A stretch of 64,000 nucleotides of DNA from an uncultured delta proteobacterium (lineage in GTDB: Bacteria > Desulfobacterota > Binatia > Binatales > Binataceae), in the NCBI GenBank assembly GCA_963842085.1, contig CAWJET010000001.1, positions 992,001-1,056,000 on the forward strand. Reading direction: 5' to 3'. The notes under the pieces were generated by a model. It had not been told where the DNA came from and did not search any database. It was given only the letters and a program-made list of their open reading frames with translations. A program made the translations under genes and the position numbers. Of the stretch, positions 54,476 to 63,496 are shown in pieces; position 1 is the first letter of the stretch; every line of letters starts with the position of its first letter.

Positions 54476-54647
54476 AACTCACTTCCTGCCAGCAATTCTA
54501 CTCGCCGATTCAGGCGGTCATTTGCTGACTGTCGTAGCGATCAAAAGGCAAATATATCACTACGCTCATGTCAACGGTGTCCGGCCTGTCACGCAAGACG
54601 AGCCTATCAGGTCCGGTGTCAACAGTCTACTAATCCCCAACTAAAAA

Positions 54648-54663
54648 CGTTTCACGTGAAACA
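54648..54663. other. parS-like site
   Basis: CGTTTCACGTGAAACA, 15/16 match to consensus TGTTTCACGTGAAACA. Confidence 0.78.
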
Positions 54664-54736
54664 TTTTTGTGAAAACCCCAGCCGGACAGCGCCATTTCTG
54701 ACCATTCTCAGAAAATCGACTGCCATTGCGCGCGGC

Positions 54737-55170
54737 GGATCCGGGATTCTTCGCTGCGCTCTGAATGACACAAAAAGTGAGCAGGCCAGCTTTTTGTGAA
54801 CCCAGCGGGGCGCCCTCACCTGCCGGCCGCGATGCGGCCGGCCGCCTCTCCCGTGAAATAACGGGCGAGGTACGGGGATGCAGAATCTTGAATCGCGCGG
54901 AAAATAATCGCGCGCTGAACAAGGACCCTCACCTTCGCCTCGCCCTGCATGGGAGAGGGGATGCAAGGACGCGGCGAGAAAAGAGCCGGGATTCTTCGCT
55001 GCGCTCTGAATGACACAAAGAAATGCCCCTCCTCGCGTAAATGCCCGTCTCCTTAAACACTGGGTGCAGGGGTCACCCCTGCACCGCAAAACCGGAACCG
55101 GCGGCGCTTGCGTGCCGCTGTCCGAGATCCTTCCTGCCGCTCGCGTTGCTCGCTGCGTCAGGATGACAGA
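54737..55170 (+). repeat. Cluster of REP-like palindromes
   Basis: Type 2 at 54737-54770 and 54986-55015; type 1 copy C at 54880-54961; type 1 variant at about 54813-54870; type 3 at 55059-55082; type 2 variant GAGATCCTTC..CAGGATGACA at about 55124-55168. Confidence 0.85.
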
Positions 55171-55207
55171 GAGTTTCAGATTCAATTGAAGTGATAGTCT
55201 CTCCCGT

Positions 55208-56227
55208 ATGACGATGGGGCCAAAGAAAGCGCGGGCGATACGGCGGGTGCTGGTTATTTTTCCCGGCGCGCTGGGAGATCTGATGTGCGTGCTGCCGGCG
55301 CTCGCCGCGATAGCGCGGCGGCATCCGGGGGCGTCGGTTGAGTTGATGGCGCGGTTCGAGCTGGCGCAGCTCGCGGTGGGGAGAACCGTCGTTGCGCGCG
55401 CGCATTCGATTGACGCTCGCGAGGTCGGCGCATTGTTCACCGAGTCCGGCGCAGATCCCGCACGCCGATTGTTTGGGGATTTCGAGCGCATTTACTCGTT
55501 CTTCGCGTCGGACGACCGGCGTTTTCGCGCGCGATTGGAAGCGGCGACCGATGGCGCGGTTTCGTTTCATCCGTTCCGCCCCGATGGCGACGGCCACGTA
55601 TCGGCGGGCTATTTGCGCGGGATCGGCGAGGAGGTTTCGCCGGTGAGTCCCGGGCTCGAACCGACCGCGGATGATCTCGCCGCGGCGGCGCATGTGCTGG
55701 CGCAATCGAAATGCGACAGCTCGAATTTGATTGTGATTTTTCCGGGCAGTGGGAGTCCGGCGAAGAATTGGCCGGCGGACAAGTTCGCGGCGCTTGCGTC
55801 GATGCTGGCGAAAGGATCCGGGATTCTTCGCTCCGCAGACTCCGCTCTGAATGACAAAGGGGCTGATCAGAACGACGAAAGGCATTCGTGCGTGGTCGTT
55901 CTCGGGCCGGCTGAAACGGCACTTGAGCCGAGCTTTCGCGCGGCTGGCCTTCCTGTGCTGACGCAGCTCGATTTGCCGACGGTCGCGGCTGTCGCGCGGC
56001 TTGCATCGGCCTTCGTCGGAGTCGATTCGGGCGTGTCGCATCTGGCGGCCGCGGCCGGCGCGTCCGGGGTGGTGCTCTTCGGGCCGACGGAGCCTGCGCG
56101 ATGGCGTCCGCTGGGGCCAGGCGGCAGCGGGCAAGTCGGCGTTCTGAGGCGGAGTCCGATCGATTCCATCGAGGTGCGCGAGGTCGCCGGCGCTTTGGCA
56201 AAATTTGTGGCGACGCATCAAAAATAA
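55208..56227 (+). CDS. Family 9 glycosyltransferase (LPS heptosyltransferase-like)
   Basis: [29 protein letters not shown] and LFGPT..W.P motifs. Confidence 0.92.
   Translation: MTMGPKKARAIRRVLVIFPGALGDLMCVLPALAAIARRHPGASVELMARFELAQLAVGRTVVARAHSIDAREVGALFTESGADPARRLFGDFERIYSFFASDDRRFRARLEAATDGAVSFHPFRPDGDGHVSAGYLRGIGEEVSPVSPGLEPTADDLAAAAHVLAQSKCDSSNLIVIFPGSGSPAKNWPADKFAALASMLAKGSGILRSADSALNDKGADQNDERHSCVVVLGPAETALEPSFRAAGLPVLTQLDLPTVAAVARLASAFVGVDSGVSHLAAAAGASGVVLFGPTEPARWRPLGPGGSGQVGVLRRSPIDSIEVREVAGALAKFVATHQK
55814..55856 (+). repeat. Type 2 REP-like element inside the GT9 reading frame
   Basis: GGATCCGGGATTCTTCGCT-CCGCAGACTC-CGCTCTGAATGACA versus intergenic GGATCCGGGATTCTTCGCT-G-CGCTCTGAATGACA. 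Confidence 0.88.
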
Positions 56228-56285
56228 TAGACTGAGAGACCATGGATCATCGGACAACATCTGTAAGCCGCGCGAGCGAGGGGCT

Positions 56286-57143
56286 ATGAGCTTCTTCAAG
56301 ACGACGCTGCTGCTCGGGCTGATGACGGGGCTGCTGATGGTGATCGGCGGGCTGCTGGGAGGCAGGAGCGGCGTGGCGATCTTTTTCGTCATCGCGGCGG
56401 TGATGAACTTCTTCAGCTACTGGTTCTCGGACAAGATCGTGCTGCGCGCTTACGGGGCGCAGGAACTCGACGCGGCGTCGGCGCCCGAGCTCTACTCGAT
56501 CGTCAACGAGCTGGCGCATTCGGCGGGAATCCCGATGCCGCGGCTGTACCTTATCGATTCCGACACGCCCAACGCGTTTGCCACCGGCCGCAACACGCAT
56601 CATGCCGCGGTCGCGGTGACGCGCGGGATCATGCGAATCTGCACGCGCGAGGAGTTGAAGGGCGTCATCGGCCATGAACTCTCGCACGTGACCAATCACG
56701 ACATACTCACCAGCTCGATCGCGGCGACGCTGGCGGGCGCGGTGATGATGATCGGGACGATGATTCGATGGGGCGCGATTTTCGGACTTGGCAGCCGCGA
56801 CGACGAGGAAGGCGGCATCGCGGGACTGCTGATCGCGGGCATCCTCGCGCCGATCGCGGCGAGCCTGATTCAACTTGCGATCTCGCGCACGCGCGAGTAC
56901 CAGGCCGACGCGAGCGGCGCCCAGCTCACGCACAATCCCCTGTACCTGGCCAGCGCGCTGCGCAAGCTCGAGGCCGCCAACGAGCGGATGCCGCTGGACG
57001 CCAGCCCTGCGACGGCGCATCTGTTTATCGTGAATCCGCTGAGCGCGGCGGGAATCTCGCGGCTGTTCTCGACCCATCCGCCGATCGAGGAGCGAATCCA
57101 CCGGCTCGAGCAGATGGCGTCGGGACAGATCGCGCAAGGTTGA
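56286..57143 (+). CDS. htpX: Zinc metalloprotease HtpX
   Basis: [21 protein letters not shown] and STHPP motifs. Confidence 0.95.
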   Translation: MSFFKTTLLLGLMTGLLMVIGGLLGGRSGVAIFFVIAAVMNFFSYWFSDKIVLRAYGAQELDAASAPELYSIVNELAHSAGIPMPRLYLIDSDTPNAFATGRNTHHAAVAVTRGIMRICTREELKGVIGHELSHVTNHDILTSSIAATLAGAVMMIGTMIRWGAIFGLGSRDDEEGGIAGLLIAGILAPIAASLIQLAISRTREYQADASGAQLTHNPLYLASALRKLEAANERMPLDASPATAHLFIVNPLSAAGISRLFSTHPPIEERIHRLEQMASGQIAQG

Positions 57144-57154
57144 CGGTGGCATCG

Positions 57155-57634
57155 ATGGAAGAACAGGAAGACAAGCGCGGCTTCAAGGTCCAGGACCGCC
57201 GGCGTTTTTCCGCCGAGGGCGAAGCCAAAGCAGGCGTCGACAACGAAACGCCATCCGAGAGCAGTGAGGCGCTCGAGATAAAATCCAGGCCAGCCGCGTC
57301 CGGCCCCGAGCCGCTCTCCAAGCCGCAAGCCGGAGCCGCCGCGCAACCCGCGGCGAGCCGTCAATCGAGCGAGGCGCCTCCCGAGCTGACCTTCGCGGCG
57401 TTTCTATGGAGTCTGTCGGAGCAGGCGCTGGCGGCGCTTGGCGAAATACCCGACCCGGCCAGCGGCAAGGTGATGCACGACCTGATTTTGGCGCAGCAAA
57501 TGATCGACATAATCATAATGTTGCGCGACAAGACGCGGGGCAATCTCGACGGCCACGAACAAGCGATGCTCCAGGAGATTCTTTCCGGTCTGCAAATGAA
57601 GTACGTTGAATTGGCGAGACCGCCGGGCCGTTGA
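57155..57634 (+). CDS. DUF1844 domain protein
   Basis: FKVQDRRRF N-terminus; ALAALGEIPDP..A..MID..ML.DKTRGNL pattern. Confidence 0.85.
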   Translation: MEEQEDKRGFKVQDRRRFSAEGEAKAGVDNETPSESSEALEIKSRPAASGPEPLSKPQAGAAAQPAASRQSSEAPPELTFAAFLWSLSEQALAALGEIPDPASGKVMHDLILAQQMIDIIIMLRDKTRGNLDGHEQAMLQEILSGLQMKYVELARPPGR

Positions 57635-57657
57635 GCGGCGTCTTTGTTTAATCACAC

Positions 57658-59160
57658 ATGACTCAAAAGTTTTCCGGATCCATCGCTTTTCTTGCTGCCG
57701 CGATTTTTGCCGCAACCTTCACCGTGATCGCCGCTGGCTCCGACGCACGCGCGGCGGATTCCACGACGCCTGCGCCCGCACGCTTCTGGACCGAGCTGCC
57801 GGACGGCGCTCACGCCGAGAAAGCCCAGTCGATGCCGGATTTCGTCGAGCTGGCAGCCAAGCTCAGCCCGGCGGTCGTGAATATCTCGACCGAGGAAGCC
57901 GATGAGCCCGAGGAGGGTGTCGAGCCGCCGCCCGAAGACTCTCCGCACGGTCTCGGGCCGCACTCGCACGGTCCGTTGGAGGAGTTCGGCGGCACGCCGC
58001 ATTCCAAGGCGCTCGGCTCCGGCTTCATCATCACCAAGGACGGCTACATCCTGACTAACGAGCACGTCGTCGATAGTCCGGGCAAGGTCACCGTAACCAC
58101 GCAGGACGGCCACGAGTACACTGCCAAGATTATCGGGCATGACGAGAAGAGCGACATCGCGCTGCTGAAGATCGATGCGAAGCACGATCTGGCGGTGGCG
58201 CCGCTGGGCAACTCCGACGACCTGAAGGTGGGCGAATGGGTGATGGCGATCGGCAACCCGTTCGGCTTCGATCATTCGGTGACGGCCGGAATCGTCAGTG
58301 CCAAGGGACGCTTCATCCCGGGCAACTACGAGGATTTCATCCAGACCGACGCTTCGATAAACCCCGGCAACTCGGGCGGTCCGCTGATCGATCTGCGCGG
58401 CAACGTGGTCGGAGTCAATTGCGCGATCTACACCCACACCGGCGCCAGCATGGGAATCGGCTTCGCGGTTCCGATCGACCTGGTCAAGGAAGAGCTGCCG
58501 CAACTCAAGGCCTCGGGCAAAGTCGTGCGCGGATGGCTCGGCGTGTACATCCAGAAGGTGACGCCGGAGCTGGCCGACTCGCTCGGTCTGGCAGATGCGC
58601 GCGGCGCGCTGGTTGCCAAGGTGCTCGACAACGGCCCGGCCAAGGCCGCGGGCGTCAAGCGCGGCGACGTGATCGTCGCGTTCGACAATCAACCAGTCGA
58701 CGACTCGCGCGAATTGCCGCTGCTGGTCGGTCGCGCCGACCTGGGCCACAAAAGCGTTCTCAAGCTGATTCGCGACAAGCAGACGATCGATCTGCCGGTC
58801 ACAATAACGCAGTCGCGCGAGCCCGAAATCGTGGCGTCCGAGGAAAAAAAGGAAGAGCCTGACCTCGGCGCTGCCTCGCGCTTCGGCCTTCACGTCAAGG
58901 ACCTGAGTCCCGATCTGGCCAAGGAGCTGGGCCTCGATACGCCCGGCGGCGTCGTGATTTCGTCGGTCCAGCCGGGGAGCCGCGCCGACGAGGCCGGCCT
59001 GCGCGCGCGCGACGTGATCATCGAGGTCAATCGCGCGGCGGTCAAGGATGTGGACGCGTATCAGAAAGCGGTCAAAGCCAGCGTCAGGGGCAAGAGCGTG
59101 CTGCTGCTAATCCGGCGCGGCGACGCCACCGTCTACGTGCCCGTCAAACCGGAGGCGTGA
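57658..59160 (+). CDS. DegP/DegQ (HtrA) serine protease with two PDZ domains
   Basis: GSGFII, TNEHV, DIAL and INPGNSGGPL motifs. Confidence 0.95.
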   Translation: MTQKFSGSIAFLAAAIFAATFTVIAAGSDARAADSTTPAPARFWTELPDGAHAEKAQSMPDFVELAAKLSPAVVNISTEEADEPEEGVEPPPEDSPHGLGPHSHGPLEEFGGTPHSKALGSGFIITKDGYILTNEHVVDSPGKVTVTTQDGHEYTAKIIGHDEKSDIALLKIDAKHDLAVAPLGNSDDLKVGEWVMAIGNPFGFDHSVTAGIVSAKGRFIPGNYEDFIQTDASINPGNSGGPLIDLRGNVVGVNCAIYTHTGASMGIGFAVPIDLVKEELPQLKASGKVVRGWLGVYIQKVTPELADSLGLADARGALVAKVLDNGPAKAAGVKRGDVIVAFDNQPVDDSRELPLLVGRADLGHKSVLKLIRDKQTIDLPVTITQSREPEIVASEEKKEEPDLGAASRFGLHVKDLSPDLAKELGLDTPGGVVISSVQPGSRADEAGLRARDVIIEVNRAAVKDVDAYQKAVKASVRGKSVLLLIRRGDATVYVPVKPEA

Positions 59161-59178
59161 GGCGGGGACGGATTTCCG

Positions 59179-61545
59179 ATGTCCCCCAAACGCCTTCTGA
59201 AATTCGCGCTCATCGGCGTGGGCGCGCTGATCCTGTTCGCCGTTCCGCCGGCGTTGTGGCTGTTCTTCAGCTACTACAATCAGCTCGAGAATGAAGTCGT
59301 CGCGCGGTTCTCGGGCAAGCGCTGGAATATCCCGTCGCGCATCTATTCCGACTCGCTGCTGATTTACCCGGGCCAGGATCTGAAGGACCTGGGTTTCTTC
59401 CAGCGCCTGGCGCGCCTGAATTACCATCCCGTCGATCCGGGCCAGGTCACCACTCGCGGCGAGTACAGCTTCGACCGCAAACGCGGCAAGCTCGACATTT
59501 TCCTGCATAGCTTTGCGTATCCCTACGACAACTTTGGCGGCAACCTGGTCGAGCTTAGTCTCAAGGGCGATACGATCGAGTCGATGAGCGATCCGGCGAT
59601 CCGTAAACCGGTATTCTCGATCGAGCTCGAACCCGAACTCATCAGCGGCATCTTCGAAGGCGCATGGGAGCAGCGCCGCCTGGTGCGGCTGAGCCAGATT
59701 CCACCGACGATGATCAATGCGATCCTGGCCGCCGAAGACCATCGCTTCTACGAGCATCACGGCATCGACCTCGTCCGCACCATCAAGGCCGCCTGGGTGG
59801 ACTTTACCTCGGGGCACGTGCGCCAGGGCGGCTCGACGCTGACCCAGCAACTGATGAAGAACTTCTTCCTGACCAACCAGCGAAGCTACAAGCGCAAGCT
59901 CAAGGAAGCGATGATGGCGTACATCGCGGAGCGCAGGTACTCCAAGGATGAGATCCTGGAGAACTATATTAACGACATCTATTTGGGGCAGCGCGGGCAG
60001 GAAGGCATCTACGGCGTCTGGGAAGCGTCTGAGTACTACTTCTCGAAGGAGCCGCGCGATCTGACTATTGGCGAAATGGCTACGATTGCCGGCCTGATCA
60101 GTTCGCCCAACCGGCTCAATCCGCTGCATCACGCCGACGCCGCGCGCCGGCGACGCGACGAAGTCCTGGCCGCGATGCTCGACGATGGCTACATCAGCAA
60201 GTTCGCGTACGACTCGGCCGTCAGCGAGCCGCTGCGTCCGCGCGAAGTTTATGCGGAAGGCAACGACGCCCCCTACTTCGTCGATTACGTCAAGAAAGAG
60301 CTGGCCGAGCGCTATCCGCCGCAGGTGCTCAGCGGCGAGGGTCTGCGCATCTTCACCTCACTCGACGTGCATATGGAAAAGCTGGCCGAGGCCGCAATCG
60401 ATCACAACCTCAGCGATTTGGAAGCCAAACATCCCAAGCTGCTCCGCCGCGAGGCCAACGATCGCCTGGAGTCGTGCCTGGTTGCGCTCGAGCCGCAGAG
60501 CGGAAAGATTCGCGCGATGGTCGGCGGGCGCGACTACCGCTCGAGCCAGTTCAATCGGGTTACTCAGTCCAAGCGTCAGCCCGGCTCGGTCTTCAAGCCG
60601 GTGACATACCTGGCGGCCTTCGACGAGACGTTGTCAGGAGGACCGGAGAAATTCCTGCCGACCACCTATATCGAGGACGCGCCATTCACCTGGCAGTACG
60701 GCGACATGAGCTGGACGCCGAATAACTATCGCGACCGATTCTTCGGCCATGTCACGCTCGAATTTGCGCTCGGCGAGTCGCTCAACTCCGCGACCGCACG
60801 GCTGGCCAACAGCGTCGGACTCGATCGAATCCGCGCGATGGCGTCGAAGCTCGGCTTTGGCGACTTGCCGGCCTACCCGTCGATCGTGCTTGGCGGGATC
60901 GAAGTCTCACCGATGCAGGTCGCGCGCGCGTACGCGATAATCGCCAACGACGGGATGGAAATCCAGCCGTACGCGGTTACCGCCGTGGTCGATGAAAACA
61001 ACAAGGTAATCGAGGGCCACGAACTGACCGCCGAACAGGTACTCTCGCCCCAGCTCGCGTACATGATGCAGTTCATGCTCGAAAACGTGATCAATCACGG
61101 CACCGGCGAGGGCGCGCGTGCGATGGGATTCACGCGGCCGGCCGCCGGCAAGACCGGGACCACCAACGACTCCAAGGACGCATGGTTCGCGGGCTTTACG
61201 CCGAACCTGCTGGCCGTGGTGTGGACCGGTTTCGATCAAAAGGAAGAGCTGGGCCTGACCGGCGCGCAGGCTTCGCTGCCGGCGTGGACCGCCTTTATGA
61301 AAGCGGCGACCGCGGCGCGCCCGCCGCTCGATTTCACCGCTCCGCCCGGAATCGTCGAGGTGAAAGTCGATCCGACTACCGGCTACCTGGCGACACCCTA
61401 TTGCCCGGTGACGACGGAAGGCGTGTATCCGGAAGGGATGGCGCCAACTCAATACTGCCCGTATCATACTTCCCCGACGTCGCTGACGTCGGCCGACCAC
61501 AAGCTTCCCGAGGAGCCGAATCCCGTAACCGATCCCAATGACTAG
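59179..61545 (+). CDS. mrcB: Class A penicillin-binding protein, PBP1B-like
   Basis: UB2H-like segment, EDHRF, GGSTLTQQL, SVFK, SLN and KTG motifs. Confidence 0.88.
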   Translation: MSPKRLLKFALIGVGALILFAVPPALWLFFSYYNQLENEVVARFSGKRWNIPSRIYSDSLLIYPGQDLKDLGFFQRLARLNYHPVDPGQVTTRGEYSFDRKRGKLDIFLHSFAYPYDNFGGNLVELSLKGDTIESMSDPAIRKPVFSIELEPELISGIFEGAWEQRRLVRLSQIPPTMINAILAAEDHRFYEHHGIDLVRTIKAAWVDFTSGHVRQGGSTLTQQLMKNFFLTNQRSYKRKLKEAMMAYIAERRYSKDEILENYINDIYLGQRGQEGIYGVWEASEYYFSKEPRDLTIGEMATIAGLISSPNRLNPLHHADAARRRRDEVLAAMLDDGYISKFAYDSAVSEPLRPREVYAEGNDAPYFVDYVKKELAERYPPQVLSGEGLRIFTSLDVHMEKLAEAAIDHNLSDLEAKHPKLLRREANDRLESCLVALEPQSGKIRAMVGGRDYRSSQFNRVTQSKRQPGSVFKPVTYLAAFDETLSGGPEKFLPTTYIEDAPFTWQYGDMSWTPNNYRDRFFGHVTLEFALGESLNSATARLANSVGLDRIRAMASKLGFGDLPAYPSIVLGGIEVSPMQVARAYAIIANDGMEIQPYAVTAVVDENNKVIEGHELTAEQVLSPQLAYMMQFMLENVINHGTGEGARAMGFTRPAAGKTGTTNDSKDAWFAGFTPNLLAVVWTGFDQKEELGLTGAQASLPAWTAFMKAATAARPPLDFTAPPGIVEVKVDPTTGYLATPYCPVTTEGVYPEGMAPTQYCPYHTSPTSLTSADHKLPEEPNPVTDPND

Positions 61546-61551
61546 TTCGCG

Positions 61552-62475
61552 ATGATGCGACTCGGTCCATTTGCTTTTGCAATATTTCTGTCGATGCTGC
61601 CGGGTTCCGCGGCCACGTCGCTTGCGGAGAGCCGTCCGATCGTACTGGCGGAACTGCAGGAGGAATCGATTCCGGCGCAGGATCTCGCGACGCCGGCAAG
61701 TTCCGCTGCGGCGCCGAGTGCGGGCGCGTCAGGATCTCCCGCCGCCGACACAAATCCCGATACAGATTCCGATTCCGGCGACTGGACCGCCGTGCCTGCC
61801 GGGAAGGCGGCGCCCGCCGCGCCCGAGGCGCCGGGCGCCAGTGCAATATCACCAGCTTCTCAGGCTAGTCCGGCAATTCCCGCCGATATCGCACCGGCGA
61901 TCGACGTCGGCTCGATCGCGACGACGCCGCAAATCAGCGACGAGTCGCTGGCGCCGCTGATCGCCACCGCGCCAACTCCCGCGCGCGCCGCATCATTGAG
62001 AATCACCGAACAGCAACGCATCGAGCTCGAGCGCGGCCACACCGACGACGCGATACGCGAGTTGGCGCACGCGATTTCGATCGACCCGAGCAATTCGTAC
62101 GCTTACTTTTACCTCGGCCGCGCGTACGTCGCTCGCAAGGATTACGGGCAGGCGCTGACGTTCTTCAAGCGCGCGGAGATCGGGCTAGCCTCGAATTCCG
62201 CGTGGCTCGGCGAGACCTACGCGTTCGAAGGGCTGAGTCTCGAGGAGGCGGGCAAATCCGCCGAGGCCGCGGCCGCCTATCAGAAGGCGCTGGCCGCAAG
62301 TCCGGGCAACCTGACCGCGCGCGTCGGCGTTACGCGGCTGTCCGCATTCCTGCCTGCCGCCGCAAGCGCGCCCGCACCAGGCACGGACCTCGATCAGCCC
62401 GCGCCCGCGGAGCCCGAAGCTGCCCCGGCTCCCGACGAAGCGCCCGCGCCCGCGCCGCCTCCTCCAACAGACTGA
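61552..62475 (+). CDS. Exported TPR protein with disordered flanks
   Basis: Signal-like N-terminus; TPR helices (AISIDP, AYFYLG, AYQKAL); directly after PBP1B. Confidence 0.8.
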   Translation: MMRLGPFAFAIFLSMLPGSAATSLAESRPIVLAELQEESIPAQDLATPASSAAAPSAGASGSPAADTNPDTDSDSGDWTAVPAGKAAPAAPEAPGASAISPASQASPAIPADIAPAIDVGSIATTPQISDESLAPLIATAPTPARAASLRITEQQRIELERGHTDDAIRELAHAISIDPSNSYAYFYLGRAYVARKDYGQALTFFKRAEIGLASNSAWLGETYAFEGLSLEEAGKSAEAAAAYQKALAASPGNLTARVGVTRLSAFLPAAASAPAPGTDLDQPAPAEPEAAPAPDEAPAPAPPPPTD

Positions 62476-62480
62476 GCGCA

Positions 62481-63485
62481 ATGCTGATACTTGGAATTGA
62501 ATCTTCATGCGACGACGCTGCCGCCGCGGTGCTCGAAACCACCGCACCGGGCATTGCCGAAGTTCGCTCGAGCACGGTCGCCAACCAGGACGATATCCAT
62601 CGCGCGTACGGCGGCATCGTGCCGGAGCTGGCGTCGCGCAATCACGTCGTCACGATCGCGCCCGTCATCGAGCGCGCGCTGGACGCTGCGGGATGCCGGC
62701 TGGCGGACGTCGAGGGAATCGCCGTCACCCGCGGCCCGGGACTGGTCGGCTCGCTGCTGGTCGGCCTGATGTTCGCCAAGGGTCTGGCGCGGGCAAGCGG
62801 CGTCGCGCTGGTCGGGGTGAACCATATCGAGGGGCATCTGCTGGCGCCCCTGCTCGAAAATCGAATCGCGATGCCGTACCTCGCGCTGGTCGTGTCGGGC
62901 GGTCACACCGCGCTGTTCGCGGTCGAGGATTTCGGGCGTTATCGTCGAATCGGACGCACACGCGACGACGCCGCCGGCGAGGCGTTCGACAAAGTCGCCA
63001 AGCTGATGGGTCTGGGCTATCCGGGCGGCCGCGCAATCGACGAGCTGTCGCGGCGCGGAAATCGAAAGCGCGTGCGAATCCCGCGTGCGCACATCAAAGG
63101 TGCACCGCTGGATTTCAGTTTCAGCGGCGTGAAGACGGCGGTTGCGACGATTCTGGCCAGCGAGAACGGCCGCGCCGAGCGGCCCGAGGATCTCGCGGCG
63201 AGCTTTCAGGAAGCGGTCGTCGAGATGCTGGTGAAGCCGACGATCGCAGCCGCGCGCGAACTTGGCGCGGACACGATCGCGCTGACCGGCGGGGTCGCGG
63301 CGAATTCGCGATTGCGCGACAGGCTGGCTGCGGCGGCGGCGGCGGACGGGCGCCGGCTGGTCGCGCCGGCGCTCAAATACTGCACCGACAACGCGGCGAT
63401 GATCGCGCTGGCGGGCAGCTACCGGCTGCTGCGCGGCGAGCGCGACGCGATGAGCATCGACGCGGAAGCGAATCTCGCGCTGTAA
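62481..63485 (+). CDS. tsaD: tRNA t6A synthesis protein TsaD
   Basis: GIESSCDD, GGIVPELASRNH, NHIEGH, SGGHT and CTDNAAMI motifs. Confidence 0.96.
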   Translation: MLILGIESSCDDAAAAVLETTAPGIAEVRSSTVANQDDIHRAYGGIVPELASRNHVVTIAPVIERALDAAGCRLADVEGIAVTRGPGLVGSLLVGLMFAKGLARASGVALVGVNHIEGHLLAPLLENRIAMPYLALVVSGGHTALFAVEDFGRYRRIGRTRDDAAGEAFDKVAKLMGLGYPGGRAIDELSRRGNRKRVRIPRAHIKGAPLDFSFSGVKTAVATILASENGRAERPEDLAASFQEAVVEMLVKPTIAAARELGADTIALTGGVAANSRLRDRLAAAAAADGRRLVAPALKYCTDNAAMIALAGSYRLLRGERDAMSIDAEANLAL

Positions 63486-63496
63486 ATTCGTAGCAG

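Larger units (their letters stand above)
51689..54638 (+). mobile_element. Complete IS1595-family element with passenger genes, 2950 bp
   Basis: 24-bp IRs GGGGATTAGTAGGTTGTTGACACC / GGGGATTAGTAGACTGTTGACACC (22/24); 8-bp duplication AACTAAAA at 51681-51688 and 54639-54646. Confidence 0.95.

Noticed and set aside
49143-55170. Possible CRISPR array or integron cassette array
   Set aside because: Repeats are irregularly spaced, of mixed families and orientations, with no cas or integrase gene
55185-55207. Sigma32-like promoter before the GT9-htpX-degQ genes
   Set aside because: ATTGAA-N12-CCCG is a poor match with short spacing and abuts the start codon
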